Assembly (NCBI GenBank): GCA_963815195.1
Contig: CAWFGE010000023.1
Coordinates: 128,001 to 192,000 of the forward strand
Length of the DNA: 64,000 nucleotides
Direction: 5' to 3'
Source: an uncultured Planctomycetaceae bacterium
GTDB lineage: Bacteria; Planctomycetota; Planctomycetia; Planctomycetales; Planctomycetaceae
Shown: piece by piece, positions 1-10,427 of the stretch
How the letters are laid out: every line of letters begins with the position of its first letter
Position numbering within the stretch: the first letter of the stretch is position 1
The notes under the pieces: model-generated
Database searches by the model: none
What the model was told of the DNA's origin: nothing
The model's input: only the letters and a program-made list of their open reading frames with translations
Translations under genes and position numbers: made by a program

Positions 1-149
1 TTGGTGCTGTTGTCGATCAAAAGATGGAGCGAAGTCCAAACGGACCGGAAGCCGGGTTGAGAACAAACTTAGCCGCGAATTGGCGGCGAACTGCGGCCGC
101 CGCTCTGATGCGTCGAGCACAAAGACGGCTCAAGGCGACGGGCGAACGT

Positions 150-3063
150 TCATGGCTCTTTCAAGGCTTGCGCGAGTTCCTCGAAGCAGCGGGTGAAATC
201 GGCGTTTCGACCGGCGGCTTTTTCGAGATTCCCGCGCGGCCCAACGTTTCCATTTCCTGGGCGAAGGCCACCGCCTGGGCGGCATCGAAATTGGATGCGA
301 GCCCCTTGAGCGTATGGGCGGCACGGGTGACGCGGTCTGCATCGGCCGCCTCGATCCCTTTCCCGCACTCCTCCAAGAGATCGGAATAGTCCTGAAGGAA
401 ATAGTCGATCAAATCCTTTAAGAGGCTGTCGTTCTGGCCCAAGCGCTTGCGGGCGGCGTCCAGGTTGAGAATTGGTTCCGCGGAGGTTTTCTCTTGACGC
501 CGCTTCTTTTCCGATGACGCCTCGGGCGGCGGCTTTCCCTCGGCGGAGGGAGTTTTCGAGGCCGCTTCGCGACCGTTGCGGCAGGACTCTTCGATCACTT
601 CGAGCAGCGCGTGGGCATCGATGGGCTTGGGCAAATACGCGTTCATTCCCGCCGCAAGGCATTTGTCGCGGTCTTGTTTCATCGCGTGGGCGGTGATGGC
701 GACGATCGGGACGCCGGCTTTGTCGGCATCGGGCATCGCGCGGATGGATTGGGTGGCTTCGAGTCCGTCCATCACGGGCATCTGGATGTCCATTACGATC
801 ACATCGAACTCCGACTGTTCGAGTTTGTCCACCGCCTGTTTTCCGTTTTCGACAAGCGTGACCTGGTGGCCGCCGTGCTTCAAGATCGCGCGGATAACCT
901 GCTGGTTGGCGCGGGTGTCTTCGGCCACGAGCACCGACAACCCGGCGCCGGGCGGGCAATTCTTCGGCTTGGGCTTCGCCCGCTTCGGTTTTGCCGCGGC
1001 GGGCCTGCTCTCGCCGGAGGGCCGAGCCATGCCTTCGGGCAATACTTTGAAGGGAACCTGGCAGGTAAATGTTGCTCCTTTTCCCGCCGCGCTCTCGACG
1101 GCGATGCTGCCGTGCATCTTTTCCAACAGCTCCCGGCAGATCGCGAGGCCCAAACCGACGCCGCCGTGCCGCCGCGTCATGGTCGCATCGCTTTGGGTAA
1201 ACGGTTCGAAGATCCGCTTTTGATCTTGTGCATCGATGCCTTGCCCCGTATCGCGGACGCGGAACTCCAACACGACGTGATCGTCCCGGCGGGAGAGCCG
1301 CTTCACAGCCACATCGATTTCCCCCTGCTCGGTGAACTTGATCGCGTTTCCCACGAGGTTCATCAGGATCTGCTTGAGACGCCGGCCGTCGCCTTCCAGG
1401 GTGTCGGGGACATTTTTTTTGAGATGGCACGAGAGCGCGAGGCCTTTCTCCTCGGCGCAAGGTTAGAATGTGCATGGCTTCGTCGATCGTCCGGCGGAGG
1501 GGAAACGGCTGGCTGACAATCTCAAACCGCCCCACGTCCAGCCGGGAAAAGTCCAAAAGGTCGTTGAGCAGCATCAAGAGCACGTCCGCCGATTCCCGCG
1601 CCGTGCCGAGGTGCTCGCGGACCAGTTCGGGCACGTCGGGATTGGCCCGCGACAGATCGACCATGCCGATGATCGCGTTCATCGGCGTGCGGAGCTCGTG
1701 GCTGATGTTCGCGAGGAACTCGCTTTTCATGCAGTTGGCGATTTCCGCCTGCTGCTTGGCGTCGAGGAGTTCCTGCTCGTGCCGGATTCGCCGCGTGATG
1801 TCCCGTTCGATGCACGCCGAGCCCACGATGTCCCCCTGCGCGTCGCGGATCGGCGAGATGGTGATGGAGACATCGATCAGCCGCCCGTTCTTCCGCCGGC
1901 GGACGGTTTCAAATTGCCGAAGCGGCCGCCCGTGTTGGACGACATCCTGAATTTCCGGCTCTTCCTGGGCGATGTCGTTGGGCAGTATCAATGAGATGGG
2001 TTTGCCCACCGCGTCTTCCATGCGGTAGCCGTAGACCTGCTCGGCCCCCTGGTTCCACGAAGCGATCACCCCGTCGGGCGTCTTGCTGATGATGGCGTCC
2101 TGCGACGATTCCACGATCGTCGCCAACAATCGGCGTTCTTCGTCCCAGCGGCGGCGTTCAAAAATGTCGCCCAACTGCTTGCCCAAGGTGTTGAGCAACA
2201 GCAGCAAATGCGGCGAGGGCGCGACGCCTCGGGGAGAGAAGAACTCCAGCACCGACACGAGCTGGTTTTGAACGAACACCGGAAACCCGAACGCACCCCA
2301 GACGTTGAGCTCGGCCAGAGAAGCCGCCGCGGAAAACGTCGGATCGGTGGAGATGTCCGCGATCCAGCACGGCTTTCGCCTCTCCCAGATCTGGCCGGGA
2401 AATCCCTCGCCCCGCCGGAGCCGGAAACCGTCCACCGCGTCCCGGAGCACATCGATCGGCGTGTCGTCGGCGGTGCGCACAGATTTCGGACGACGTCAGA
2501 AGCTCGCCCGTGGGGTCCGGCAGCCATGCGTGCCCGATCGTCCAGCCCGTCAGTTCGCAGATTCTCTCGATCGAGCGGCCGAGCGCCTCTTCAAACGACA
2601 AAGCCGTCGCCGAGGCCATCGTGGTTTGATAGAGGAGTTGGATCGTGGTGGTTTCGGGCTTGATTTGCGGGACCAAAGGCGACTCTTGCGAAACGTCGCG
2701 AATGTAAGCCGCGTACAGCGGTTGCGGCTGGATGCAGATTGGCACGATCGAGATCCCGACCATCACCCGCGAGCCGGTTTTGTGCTGGCCCACGACCTGG
2801 AACAGCGTGCCGGTTTGACTCAGCCGGTCCTCGTGCTGAATCTGAATGAAGCTTTCCCGAAAGGCTTCCCGTTCGGACTGGGGGGCGATCAACTCCTGGA
2901 GCGGCTGGCCCAACGCTTCGTTCCGCCGCCAGCCGAACAGCTCGCTGGCCTGGGAATTCCACTCCTGAATCCGGCCCTCTTCGTCCAGGATGGCGATACC
3001 GTCGAAGGCTCCCTCGGCAAAGGCCCGGAGCGACTCCCATGGTACTTGTGGCGAGTTGGACAT
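150..3063 (-). CDS. Hybrid sensor histidine kinase (PAS-GAF-PAS-HisKA-HATPase-REC-HPt), split by apparent frameshifts near 2480, 1455 and 228
   Basis: Three consecutive frames give PAS (IQEWNSQASELFGW), GAF, PAS (IASWNQGAEQVYGY), H-box (EFLANISHELRTPMNAI), N/G boxes (NLVGNAIKFT, DTGQGI, GVGLGLAI), REC (VAED, MDIQMP, YLPKP) and HPt (AAHTLKGLASNF). Confidence 0.9.
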
Positions 3064-3344
3064 TACTGGCGATTTTTTTGGCGTGAAGGCGTTGTAACGG
3101 AGAGGACTCGTCCACTGAAAAGGGGGAAAAAGAAAGGGGATCATCTCGTTGCCCGCAATTCCCATGCCCTCGCCTCGTCAACTTAATCCTTTGAGCCGAG
3201 ATTGCAATGCAGGTTTCGCTTGGATTGAAGGAACCGGCTGTTCGGTGGTCGTTCAGGCTGCGCGATCATCTGGCGCCCAGAGATTCCCGGCCGGTTATGT
3301 GGGATATTCGGCCCATCCCGATCGATGGGAGAAGGCAGGCGGCC

Positions 3345-3360
3345 CGGCGCGAATTTTGCA
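3345..3360 (+). promoter_or_regulatory. Candidate sigma54 -24/-12 promoter
   Basis: CGGCGCGAATTTTGCA = GG-N10-GC with TTGCA, about 65 bp upstream of the ALDH start. Confidence 0.45.
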
Positions 3361-3424
3361 CAATCACATCGCTTGAAAACGAATCACAAACACCGGTCCC
3401 GAGAAACCTGCCACGGAATGTTCG

Positions 3425-4795
3425 ATGCCTGAACTGCTCAAATCCATCAACCCCGCAAACCAGAAACTCCTCGCGGAGTATCCCGAAACCTCGCCCGGCG
3501 ATGTGGAGGTGCGATTGAAAATGGCGGAGGACGCCTTTTTGATCTGGCGGGAGACGCCCTTCGCCGAGCGCGCCAAACGGCTGACGAGGCTGGCGGAACT
3601 TCTTCGGGAAAGTCAAACCGAACTCGCGGAGTTGGTGACCCGCGAGATGGGAAAACCGATTGTCCAGGCCGAAGCCGAGATCGAAAAATGTGGCTGGCTT
3701 TCGGAGTATTACGCTCGGACGGGGGAGAAGTGGCTCGAACCTGCGGGCGTGGAAACCGACGCAACGAAATCCGGCGTGCGCTACGAGCCGCTCGGAGCGA
3801 TTTTGGCGATTATGCCTTGGAATTTCCCCTATTGGCAGGCGTTTCGCGCGGCCGTGCCCGCGATCGCAGGCGGGAACGTTTTGGTGCTGAAACATGCGGG
3901 CAACGTGACGGGCGTGGCCCTCAAAATCGAAGAGTTGTTCGTGCAAGCGGGATTTCCGACCGGCGTTTTCACGACGTTGATCTTGCCGCGGAAGCGGACG
4001 GAGGATCTCATTGGGCATCCCGCGATCCGAGGCGTGACGTTGACGGGCAGCGAACGGGCCGGGCGTTCGGTGGCGGCGGCGGCCGGGCGGGACATCAAAC
4101 CCACGGTGCTGGAACTGGGCGGCTCGGATCCGTTTTTGATTCTGGCCGATGCCGACCTTTCCCAGGTCGTGCCGCAGGCCGTGTGCGCGAGGACGCAGAA
4201 CTCCGGCCAAAGCTGCATCGCCGCCAAACGGTTCCTCGTGCACCGCTCGCTCGCGGGACCCTTTGAAGAGGCGTTCGTCCGGGAAATGCAGTCGCTTCGC
4301 GTGGGCGATCCCCTGGACCGCGAAACCCAAATTGGCCCCATCGCCCGCGGAGATTTGCGCGAGCAGTTGCACGAGCAGGTTCTGAAAACCGTCGCCGCCG
4401 GCGGACGATTGTGCTTGGGCGGCGAGTTTGTGGATCGCCCTGGATTCTTCTATCGCCCCACCGTGCTCGCCGATGTCGAACCGGGGATGCAAGCGTTTGA
4501 CGAAGAAACCTTCGGACCCGTGGCCGCCGTGATTCCCTTTGAGGACGATCGCCAAGCCGTGAACCTCGCCAATGCCTCGAACTACGGATTGGGCGCCAGC
4601 ATTTGGACCTCGAGCCAGAACGCGGCGGAGGAACTCGTGCCGCACATCGAAGCCGGAGCGGTTTTCGTCAACGAGATCGTCAAGTCCGATCCCCGCCTGC
4701 CTTTTGGCGGCATCAAACATTCCGGCTACGGCCGCGAATTGGGCCGGGAAGGACTCCACGCGTTTATCAACAAAAAGACCGTCTGGTTCGCGTAG
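3425..4795 (+). CDS. NAD(P)-dependent succinate-semialdehyde dehydrogenase (Sad/GabD-like ALDH)
   Basis: IMPWNFP, LTGSERAG, LELGGSDP, QNSGQSCIAAKRF, EETFGP, PFGGIKHSGYGRELG. Confidence 0.92.
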   Translation: MPELLKSINPANQKLLAEYPETSPGDVEVRLKMAEDAFLIWRETPFAERAKRLTRLAELLRESQTELAELVTREMGKPIVQAEAEIEKCGWLSEYYARTGEKWLEPAGVETDATKSGVRYEPLGAILAIMPWNFPYWQAFRAAVPAIAGGNVLVLKHAGNVTGVALKIEELFVQAGFPTGVFTTLILPRKRTEDLIGHPAIRGVTLTGSERAGRSVAAAAGRDIKPTVLELGGSDPFLILADADLSQVVPQAVCARTQNSGQSCIAAKRFLVHRSLAGPFEEAFVREMQSLRVGDPLDRETQIGPIARGDLREQLHEQVLKTVAAGGRLCLGGEFVDRPGFFYRPTVLADVEPGMQAFDEETFGPVAAVIPFEDDRQAVNLANASNYGLGASIWTSSQNAAEELVPHIEAGAVFVNEIVKSDPRLPFGGIKHSGYGRELGREGLHAFINKKTVWFA

Positions 4796-4938
4796 ACGGC
4801 TGATCTTTCGCGTATCGCTGAGCGCAGCGAAGGGCATGGCGATCGCCAAGACCACGCCCTTCGTTCCTCAGGCGCGCTACCCGGCCGGGGCGATCGCCCT
4901 GCGACTCATTTCCCCCGAAGCCTGTTTGTTGAGGGGAA

Positions 4939-6049
4939 CTATTCGGCGTCCGAGCGGACTTTGTCCGAAACAGGCAAGCCGTTTTCCTTGTAAAACCGTT
5001 CGGGGTTCTGCTTGAGGAATTCGATCATTGCGGGCAGCGTGTCGCGGAGGCGATGTTTCGGTTCCCAATCGAGCTTGGTGTGGGCGTGGGTGATCATCGC
5101 CGCGTAATGGTCGTCCGCCAGATCGATCATCCAAGGCTTGATGAAGGGCTTGTGCTCTTCATCGGCCGCAAACTTCTCCTGCACCCAGGCCCCGGCTTTG
5201 GCGACGGTCTTGGGAATGCGAATCGTCGGCCATTCGTGGCCGTGGATCAATTCGCCGAGCTCATCCTGCAGTTCCGCGTAGCTCATCACGTCCGGTTCCG
5301 CGATCAGAAACAGCGACTCGTCCCCGAGTTGCCGGCGGTGCGCGACGACCTGGTAAAAACACTCCGTCAGGTCTTCGAGATGGACGAGCGCTTGCCCGTG
5401 CGAGGCGTTTCCGGGAAACACGTAGCTTTCCAACTGCTTTTCGTAAATCCGCGCGATTTGCTGCGAGACGGGCAGCGAATGGCAGTTTTCATCGTAGACC
5501 CCGGCGATCCGCAGGATGACCGTGGGAAACCGCCCGCGTTCCTCGTGGATGGCTTTCTCGGCTTTGAGCTTCGATTGCGGATAAGCCCATTCCGCCCGCG
5601 TTTCGGAAAGTTCCGAAATGTGCCGGCCTTTCTCGTCCGGCTTCATCACGAGCAGGCTGCTCGAAAACACAAACTGCTCCACGTCCAGGTTCTGGCGATG
5701 CAGTTCGCGCAAGAACCGCCGGGTGCCCTGCACCGTGAGTGCTTCATACAGCGGGCTCGGCTCGCCGGAAAAATCATAATACGCGGCCAGATGAATCACG
5801 CTGGCAATCCGCGGCCCAAACCGCTCGCGCACCGTTTGCAGCACGGACCCGACGCTCTCGTCATCCGTGAGATCCGTCTTGATGAACTCCAAATCGCCGC
5901 GGGACGAGCTCGGAGATGTCCAGCCCCACAATCTGAAACTCATCCGCGAGCCGCTCGGAAATCCGCGTGCCAAGCAGTCCGCTGACTCCCGTGATCAAGA
6001 TCGCGGGCTTTTGGAGGCAAGCGTTGGTATTGGTGGTATCGGCATTCAT
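4939..6049 (-). CDS. NAD-dependent epimerase/dehydratase (extended SDR); frameshift near 5905
   Basis: N-terminal [11 protein letters not shown] in one frame; [20 protein letters not shown] (YxxxK) and ILRIAGVY in the next. Confidence 0.88.
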
Positions 6050-6107
6050 GGTTGTGACCTTCTTGTGCAGTTGGACCGGTGGAAACCGGCCGCATCGCGT
6101 GATCTTC

Positions 6108-6761
6108 CTAGTTCGTTGGAAGCCGGGAATTGTCCGAAGACGACTCGTCGGTCGCGTCTTGGGAGTTGTCGTCGGCGTTTGAGTCGTTGGACGGGAACGC
6201 CTTCTCGGTGGCATCGAAGCTTTGTTTCAAATCGTTCCACGCATTCGTTGTGCCTTCCCGGAATTTTCCCCACGCGTCTTCCGAAGCGGACTTCAAGTTG
6301 TCCAGTTTCTCATCAACCTCCCGGCGTTTGGCTTTCAAGGTTTTCAGCTTGTCTTGCCACTTCTGTTTCGCCTGGCCTTGAAGCTTGTCGATCTTGGCAT
6401 CGAGGTCGTCGATTTTCTCATCCAGCTTGTCCAACTGGTTGGAAAGCTCGCTGACATATTCCTTCTTGGTGTCGGCGGCAAAGCGGCCCGCCGCGTTGAG
6501 GGCTTCGTTCGATTCCTGGATCACCTTGTTGGCCGTGACTCGATTCGGGCGGTCCTCTTCGGCCTCGCCGTCCGGCCGGATGGATTCGGTGGCTCCGTTG
6601 TTCTCCGTGTTCGTTTCGCTTTCCGCGCCGCTGGGAAAATCGCCGGGCTCCCGCTGGGACACCTCCGGCACTTGGTGCGGGGCGTTCGGGTGCTCGGCGG
6701 TATCCTGGCAACCTGCCAGCAAGACGGCCGCACAAAAGAAACTTCCAGTCAATAGACGCAT
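6108..6761 (-). CDS. Lipoprotein with C-terminal helical/coiled-coil domain (sll1863-like stress protein)
   Basis: Lipobox LLAGC, acidic linker, KKEYVSELSNQLDKLDEKID...SEDAWGKFREG. Confidence 0.75.
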   Translation of the reverse strand: MRLLTGSFFCAAVLLAGCQDTAEHPNAPHQVPEVSQREPGDFPSGAESETNTENNGATESIRPDGEAEEDRPNRVTANKVIQESNEALNAAGRFAADTKKEYVSELSNQLDKLDEKIDDLDAKIDKLQGQAKQKWQDKLKTLKAKRREVDEKLDNLKSASEDAWGKFREGTTNAWNDLKQSFDATEKAFPSNDSNADDNSQDATDESSSDNSRLPTN

Positions 6762-6851
6762 GTCATCGTCTCCTTTCATTCCGGTTTCGATTCGTAAAGC
6801 TCCAACCTCGCGATTTCCCACATTGCACCGGCGTCCGGTCCCCTGCCGTTT

Positions 6852-7517
6852 TTACACGACTTCCGCCTTCTTCGGCGCGGCGTTGGATTTGTTGGAGGGC
6901 TTTTCCTTTGCAGGGGAGGATTTCTTGTTCGCGGGAGTTTCTTTCTCGTTCGCCTCCGGTGGGGCGAATTCCTTCAGGGCGGCGTCGAGACTGGTTTTGA
7001 ACCCCTCCCAGGCGTCCGTCGTCGTTTCCCGGAAGTCTGCCCATTCGCCTTTTGAGGTGGCCTTCATTTCGATCAACAATTGGTGGGCTTGTTGACGTTT
7101 GAGCTGCAGGGTCATCATCCGGTCTCGCCACTTCTGCCGCGCGGGACCTTTTAACATTTCCCCTTTCGCCCTCAACTCCTCGAATTTCTTATCGAGCCTT
7201 TTCATCGCGTCCGAGAACTTCGCGACATATTCGTCTTTGGTTTTCGCGTGGAACGGGCCGGCGGCGTTCCCGGCGGCGTTTTCTTCGTGGATCACGGTGG
7301 GCACCGGCGCGGTTTCGCTGGGCTCCTCGAGGGGACGGTGCGCCGTTTCATTTGCGTGATTTGCTCCGCGGCGAACCCGAGTCGGTTTCACGGCTGCGAC
7401 GTCGGGTTTAGGATTGAGATCGCTGGGCGTATTGCCGACGTTCGTGCCATCCTGCTCCTCGTGGCAACCCAAAAACAGAACGGAAATCGCAAGAAAACTT
7501 CCGATCAACAGGCGCAT
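6852..7517 (-). CDS. Paralogous lipoprotein with helical domain
   Basis: MRLLIGSF...LFLGC lipobox; KDEYVAKF...EWADFRETTTDAWEGFK aligns with the neighbouring gene. Confidence 0.75.
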   Translation of the reverse strand: MRLLIGSFLAISVLFLGCHEEQDGTNVGNTPSDLNPKPDVAAVKPTRVRRGANHANETAHRPLEEPSETAPVPTVIHEENAAGNAAGPFHAKTKDEYVAKFSDAMKRLDKKFEELRAKGEMLKGPARQKWRDRMMTLQLKRQQAHQLLIEMKATSKGEWADFRETTTDAWEGFKTSLDAALKEFAPPEANEKETPANKKSSPAKEKPSNKSNAAPKKAEVV

Positions 7518-7591
7518 GGGGGATCTCCCTTGGTGCTGGGAATGACTCTTGGAGGAATTGGGCGCAGCGAAGCCGTTTCCGCGGTTTCATT

Positions 7592-7801
7592 CTATTCCGC
7601 CAGGCGAAAGCCGATCTTGACGGTCGCCTGAAAATGAGCGACCTGCCCGTCTTGGATGTCGCCCCGCAGTTCCAAGACTTCAAACCAGCGCAGCTCCTTG
7701 ACCGATTGGCCCGCCTTCGCGATCGCGTTGCGAATGGCATCGTCACTGGACTTCGCCGAGGTGCCCACGACTTCGATCTTTTTGTAAATATGGTCTTCCA
7801 T
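7592..7801 (-). CDS. Dodecin (flavin-binding)
   Basis: 69 aa: YKKIEVVGTS...AIRNAI..A...LRWFEV.E.RG.I..G.VAHFQATVKIGFRL. Confidence 0.95.
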   Translation of the reverse strand: MEDHIYKKIEVVGTSAKSSDDAIRNAIAKAGQSVKELRWFEVLELRGDIQDGQVAHFQATVKIGFRLAE

Positions 7802-7914
7802 CGGGAACCTTTCGATGTGTCAAATTCGCCGCAGGGCGCTCGCCCCGGTTGTTCCTTGCACGAACTGGACGCGAGCGTGTTCCGGCTGTTCCAGCTTTTG
7901 CCATTGACAATGTA

Positions 7915-8391
7915 CTACGGGTCCTCGCTTTGATCGGGAGCGAGTTCCTCATCACGTGCCGCCCAACCTTCATTGGCGATGCGTTGCTCGACCATCGCGG
8001 CGAGGCTTTCAAAAAACTCCTGAACCCGCGGGGCGGAGTCCTGATCGGCCAACTGCCGATAAAACGCCGCGAGCGCCTTGTCGAATTCCTGCTTCCATTC
8101 CACGACGTCTTCGGGCTTCTCGCCCGTGGGCATCGGGGACTCGTTGAGAAACCGCTCCAGGTCTTCGGTGGGGACGTATTGGATCCATGTGTCCAAGACG
8201 GCGGAATCGCCCTCGTTCTCGTATTGGGCCAGGGCCCGGTCCATTTCGCGTTCGCCCCGGCGAAATGATTCGAGCAGATAATCCGATCGGCGGTCGCCGA
8301 TCGTCTGTTCCGCCGCTTCGACTTCGCGGCGCAGCCTGCGGTGGAACCGCCGGACGTTTTCGAGGATTTCCCTCACGGATTGGTAAGTCAT
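7915..8391 (-). CDS. Hypothetical helical protein, possibly ferritin-like
   Basis: 158-aa all-helical ORF with Glu/His pattern (FHRRL, LLESFRRGE, LDTWIQY, FYRQL, FFESL). Confidence 0.7.
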   Translation of the reverse strand: MTYQSVREILENVRRFHRRLRREVEAAEQTIGDRRSDYLLESFRRGEREMDRALAQYENEGDSAVLDTWIQYVPTEDLERFLNESPMPTGEKPEDVVEWKQEFDKALAAFYRQLADQDSAPRVQEFFESLAAMVEQRIANEGWAARDEELAPDQSEDP

Positions 8392-8729
8392 GTGTTAGGG
8401 ACTCGCCGCGGAATGCCAGACATCTCCGATTCGACGCGAACCGGAGGAAGATTCGATGCGGCTGAATGGGATGCAGACGATGTGCCGATCGAATCGCCGA
8501 TGGAGGAATTCGGAAAATCTCCCGCAATTCGCCTCCGGCCTGCGGGAAAACGGCGCGCGTTGCACGACGACCCGACACGGCGAATTTCGGCGGGAACGGA
8601 GAAGGAAACCGCCGCCCCCGCTCGCGGGAGGGCTCTTGCGCCGTTTCTGAATCGGCCGTGGGACGAAGAGGCCTCGGGATCTTGGGAGATGTCCTGATGT
8701 TTTGTTGGGCGTTCGAACAAGCGTGCGCT

Positions 8730-8745
8730 CGGCATGTGATTCGCG
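8730..8745 (+). promoter_or_regulatory. Candidate sigma54-type promoter
   Basis: CGGCATGTGATTCGC = GG-N10-GC, about 100 bp upstream of the rhodanese gene. Confidence 0.35.
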
Positions 8746-8842
8746 GCAGGGATTCCATCGCGGGCGGGCCATGGCTGAATCGCTTTGCCCCAGGGAAATT
8801 CATAAAACGTCACGAGGGACCACGCATCGAAAAGGACAGATC

Positions 8843-9169
8843 ATGCGCAAGATTAATCGCGAAGAAGCTCGATCGCTGTTGGAAGACGGGAAACACGTGG
8901 CAGTGATCGAAGTCCTAGGCCCGGAATATTTTGAAAAATTCCATCTTCCCGGAGCCCGGAACGTGCCGTTGGACGACCAGTTCGAATCGAAAATTCAAGA
9001 CGCCGTCCCCGACAAATCCCAACCGGTGATGGTGTATTGCCTGAATGAGGACTGCGACGCCTCCCCCAAAGCGGCTCAAAAACTGGAGGAGTTGGGCTAT
9101 CAGGAAGTTTACGATTACGAGGCAGGAAAAATGGATTGGAAAGAAGCCGGCCTGCCGGTCGCGTCGTAA
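8843..9169 (+). CDS. Single-domain rhodanese-like protein
   Basis: FHLPGARNVP, VMVYCLNEDCDAS, LGYQEVYDYEAGKMDW; AGGA RBS upstream. Confidence 0.9.
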   Translation: MRKINREEARSLLEDGKHVAVIEVLGPEYFEKFHLPGARNVPLDDQFESKIQDAVPDKSQPVMVYCLNEDCDASPKAAQKLEELGYQEVYDYEAGKMDWKEAGLPVAS

Positions 9170-9184
9170 TGCTTCGTTGTAAAA

Positions 9185-9216
9185 ACCGCGGGCTAGCGCC
9201 CTGCGGCTGTTTTTTT
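9185..9216. repeat. REP palindrome followed by a T-run (possible terminator)
   Basis: ACCGCGGGCTAGCGCCCTGCGGCTG-TTTTTTT; same family as copies at 27588, 47634 and 50684. Confidence 0.65.
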
Positions 9217-9239
9217 GGACGCGTTAAAGAGATTGCCTC

Positions 9240-9938
9240 ATGAAGGTCACGACGACGAAATCTTCCAAACGCCAGGTGGAGGCATCGTCTCCCGAAGAAG
9301 AGACCGCGCTGCGAAAGCGCGAGGCTTTGGATGCGATCCCTGAGCCTTGGAGCTATAACCCCTCCGGCTGGGATCAGCGAATCCCTATTTGCATCCTGGC
9401 GATGGTGGCCTGCGTCATTGCCAGCTACATGGGATTTTATCAATGGCGGCTCATCGGCTCGGTATGGGATCCGGTGTACGGAAAGCAAACGCAAAACGTC
9501 TTGAATTCGAATGTCTCCGATTGGATGCGGTATTGGATTTTGCTTCCGGATGCCGTTTTGGGAGCCTTCGGCTATCTGGGCGATGCGATCTTCGGTCTGG
9601 CCGGCTCGACCCGGCGTTGGCAATATCGGCCTTGGCTGGTCGTGATTTTTGGGATCGACGTGATCCCGTTGGGAATCGTCAGCGTGATCCTGGTCGTGCT
9701 GCAGGGCACAGTGGTCGGCTACTGGTGTTTTCCGTGTTTGATCACCGCGGCGATTTCGCTGGTCCTCGTTTACATGGCGGCGGATGAGGTCTGGTCGTGC
9801 CTGTTGTTTTTGCATCGCGTGTGGCGGGAGACGGGGAGCCGATCGATTCTCTGGAAAACCTTTTGCGGACGCTGGACCCCCGAAGCCGAGAAGATCGCCG
9901 CCGACTTCGTGCGTTTGCCCGAAGAGGCGTCCGCTTGA
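9240..9938 (+). CDS. Vitamin K epoxide reductase (VKOR) family membrane protein
   Basis: About 4 TM segments, [22 protein letters not shown]-terminal YWCFPC (CxxC). Confidence 0.85.
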   Translation: MKVTTTKSSKRQVEASSPEEETALRKREALDAIPEPWSYNPSGWDQRIPICILAMVACVIASYMGFYQWRLIGSVWDPVYGKQTQNVLNSNVSDWMRYWILLPDAVLGAFGYLGDAIFGLAGSTRRWQYRPWLVVIFGIDVIPLGIVSVILVVLQGTVVGYWCFPCLITAAISLVLVYMAADEVWSCLLFLHRVWRETGSRSILWKTFCGRWTPEAEKIAADFVRLPEEASA

Positions 9939-9958
9939 CGAAAAGCAAGGAGCGAACG

Positions 9959-10312
9959 ATGTGGAGCCGGGTCGTGGAAGTGATGTTTGGAATTTGGCTG
10001 CTCCTCAGCCCGTGGATCTTTCGCCATTCGCCGGCGGACGCCGGGTGGTGGATCAACGACATGGCGACGGGAGCCGCGGTGATCGTGTTCGGCCTTTTCT
10101 CGTTCTGGAAGCCCACCCGCCGGGCTCACGTGCTGACGTTGCTCTTGGGAGGGTGGCTGATCGGATTTGCTTACCATCAAGGCTTCGGCAATTCGTCCCC
10201 GGCCGCTCAAAACGATTTGATGCTCGGGCTTTTGCTGCTCATGTTTGCGGTGATTCCCAACCGCTGCGACCGTGCGCCTCGCTCATGGGACGAAAGACGC
10301 CTCGCTTGCTGA
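9959..10312 (+). CDS. SPW-repeat membrane protein
   Basis: GIWLLLSPWIF and LGGWLIG repeats in a 4-TM protein. Confidence 0.8.
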   Translation: MWSRVVEVMFGIWLLLSPWIFRHSPADAGWWINDMATGAAVIVFGLFSFWKPTRRAHVLTLLLGGWLIGFAYHQGFGNSSPAAQNDLMLGLLLLMFAVIPNRCDRAPRSWDERRLAC

Positions 10313-10427
10313 GACTGTGATTGAAGATCTGAGCGGTAGGCGCGAGCCTCCGGTTTCGATGAAAGGATCGTCACAAAATCAAGACCGGCGGCTCGCGCCG
10401 TGCCGCTCAACTTGTCGGAATCGCGCG

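Noticed and set aside
7802..7914. FMN riboswitch upstream of dodecin
   Set aside because: No RFN conserved segments visible; only a REP-like palindrome
8413..8697. Small ORF in the divergent gap between the ferritin-like and rhodanese genes
   Set aside because: No motif or clear RBS; the region is better explained as divergent promoter DNA, though a small gene cannot be excluded
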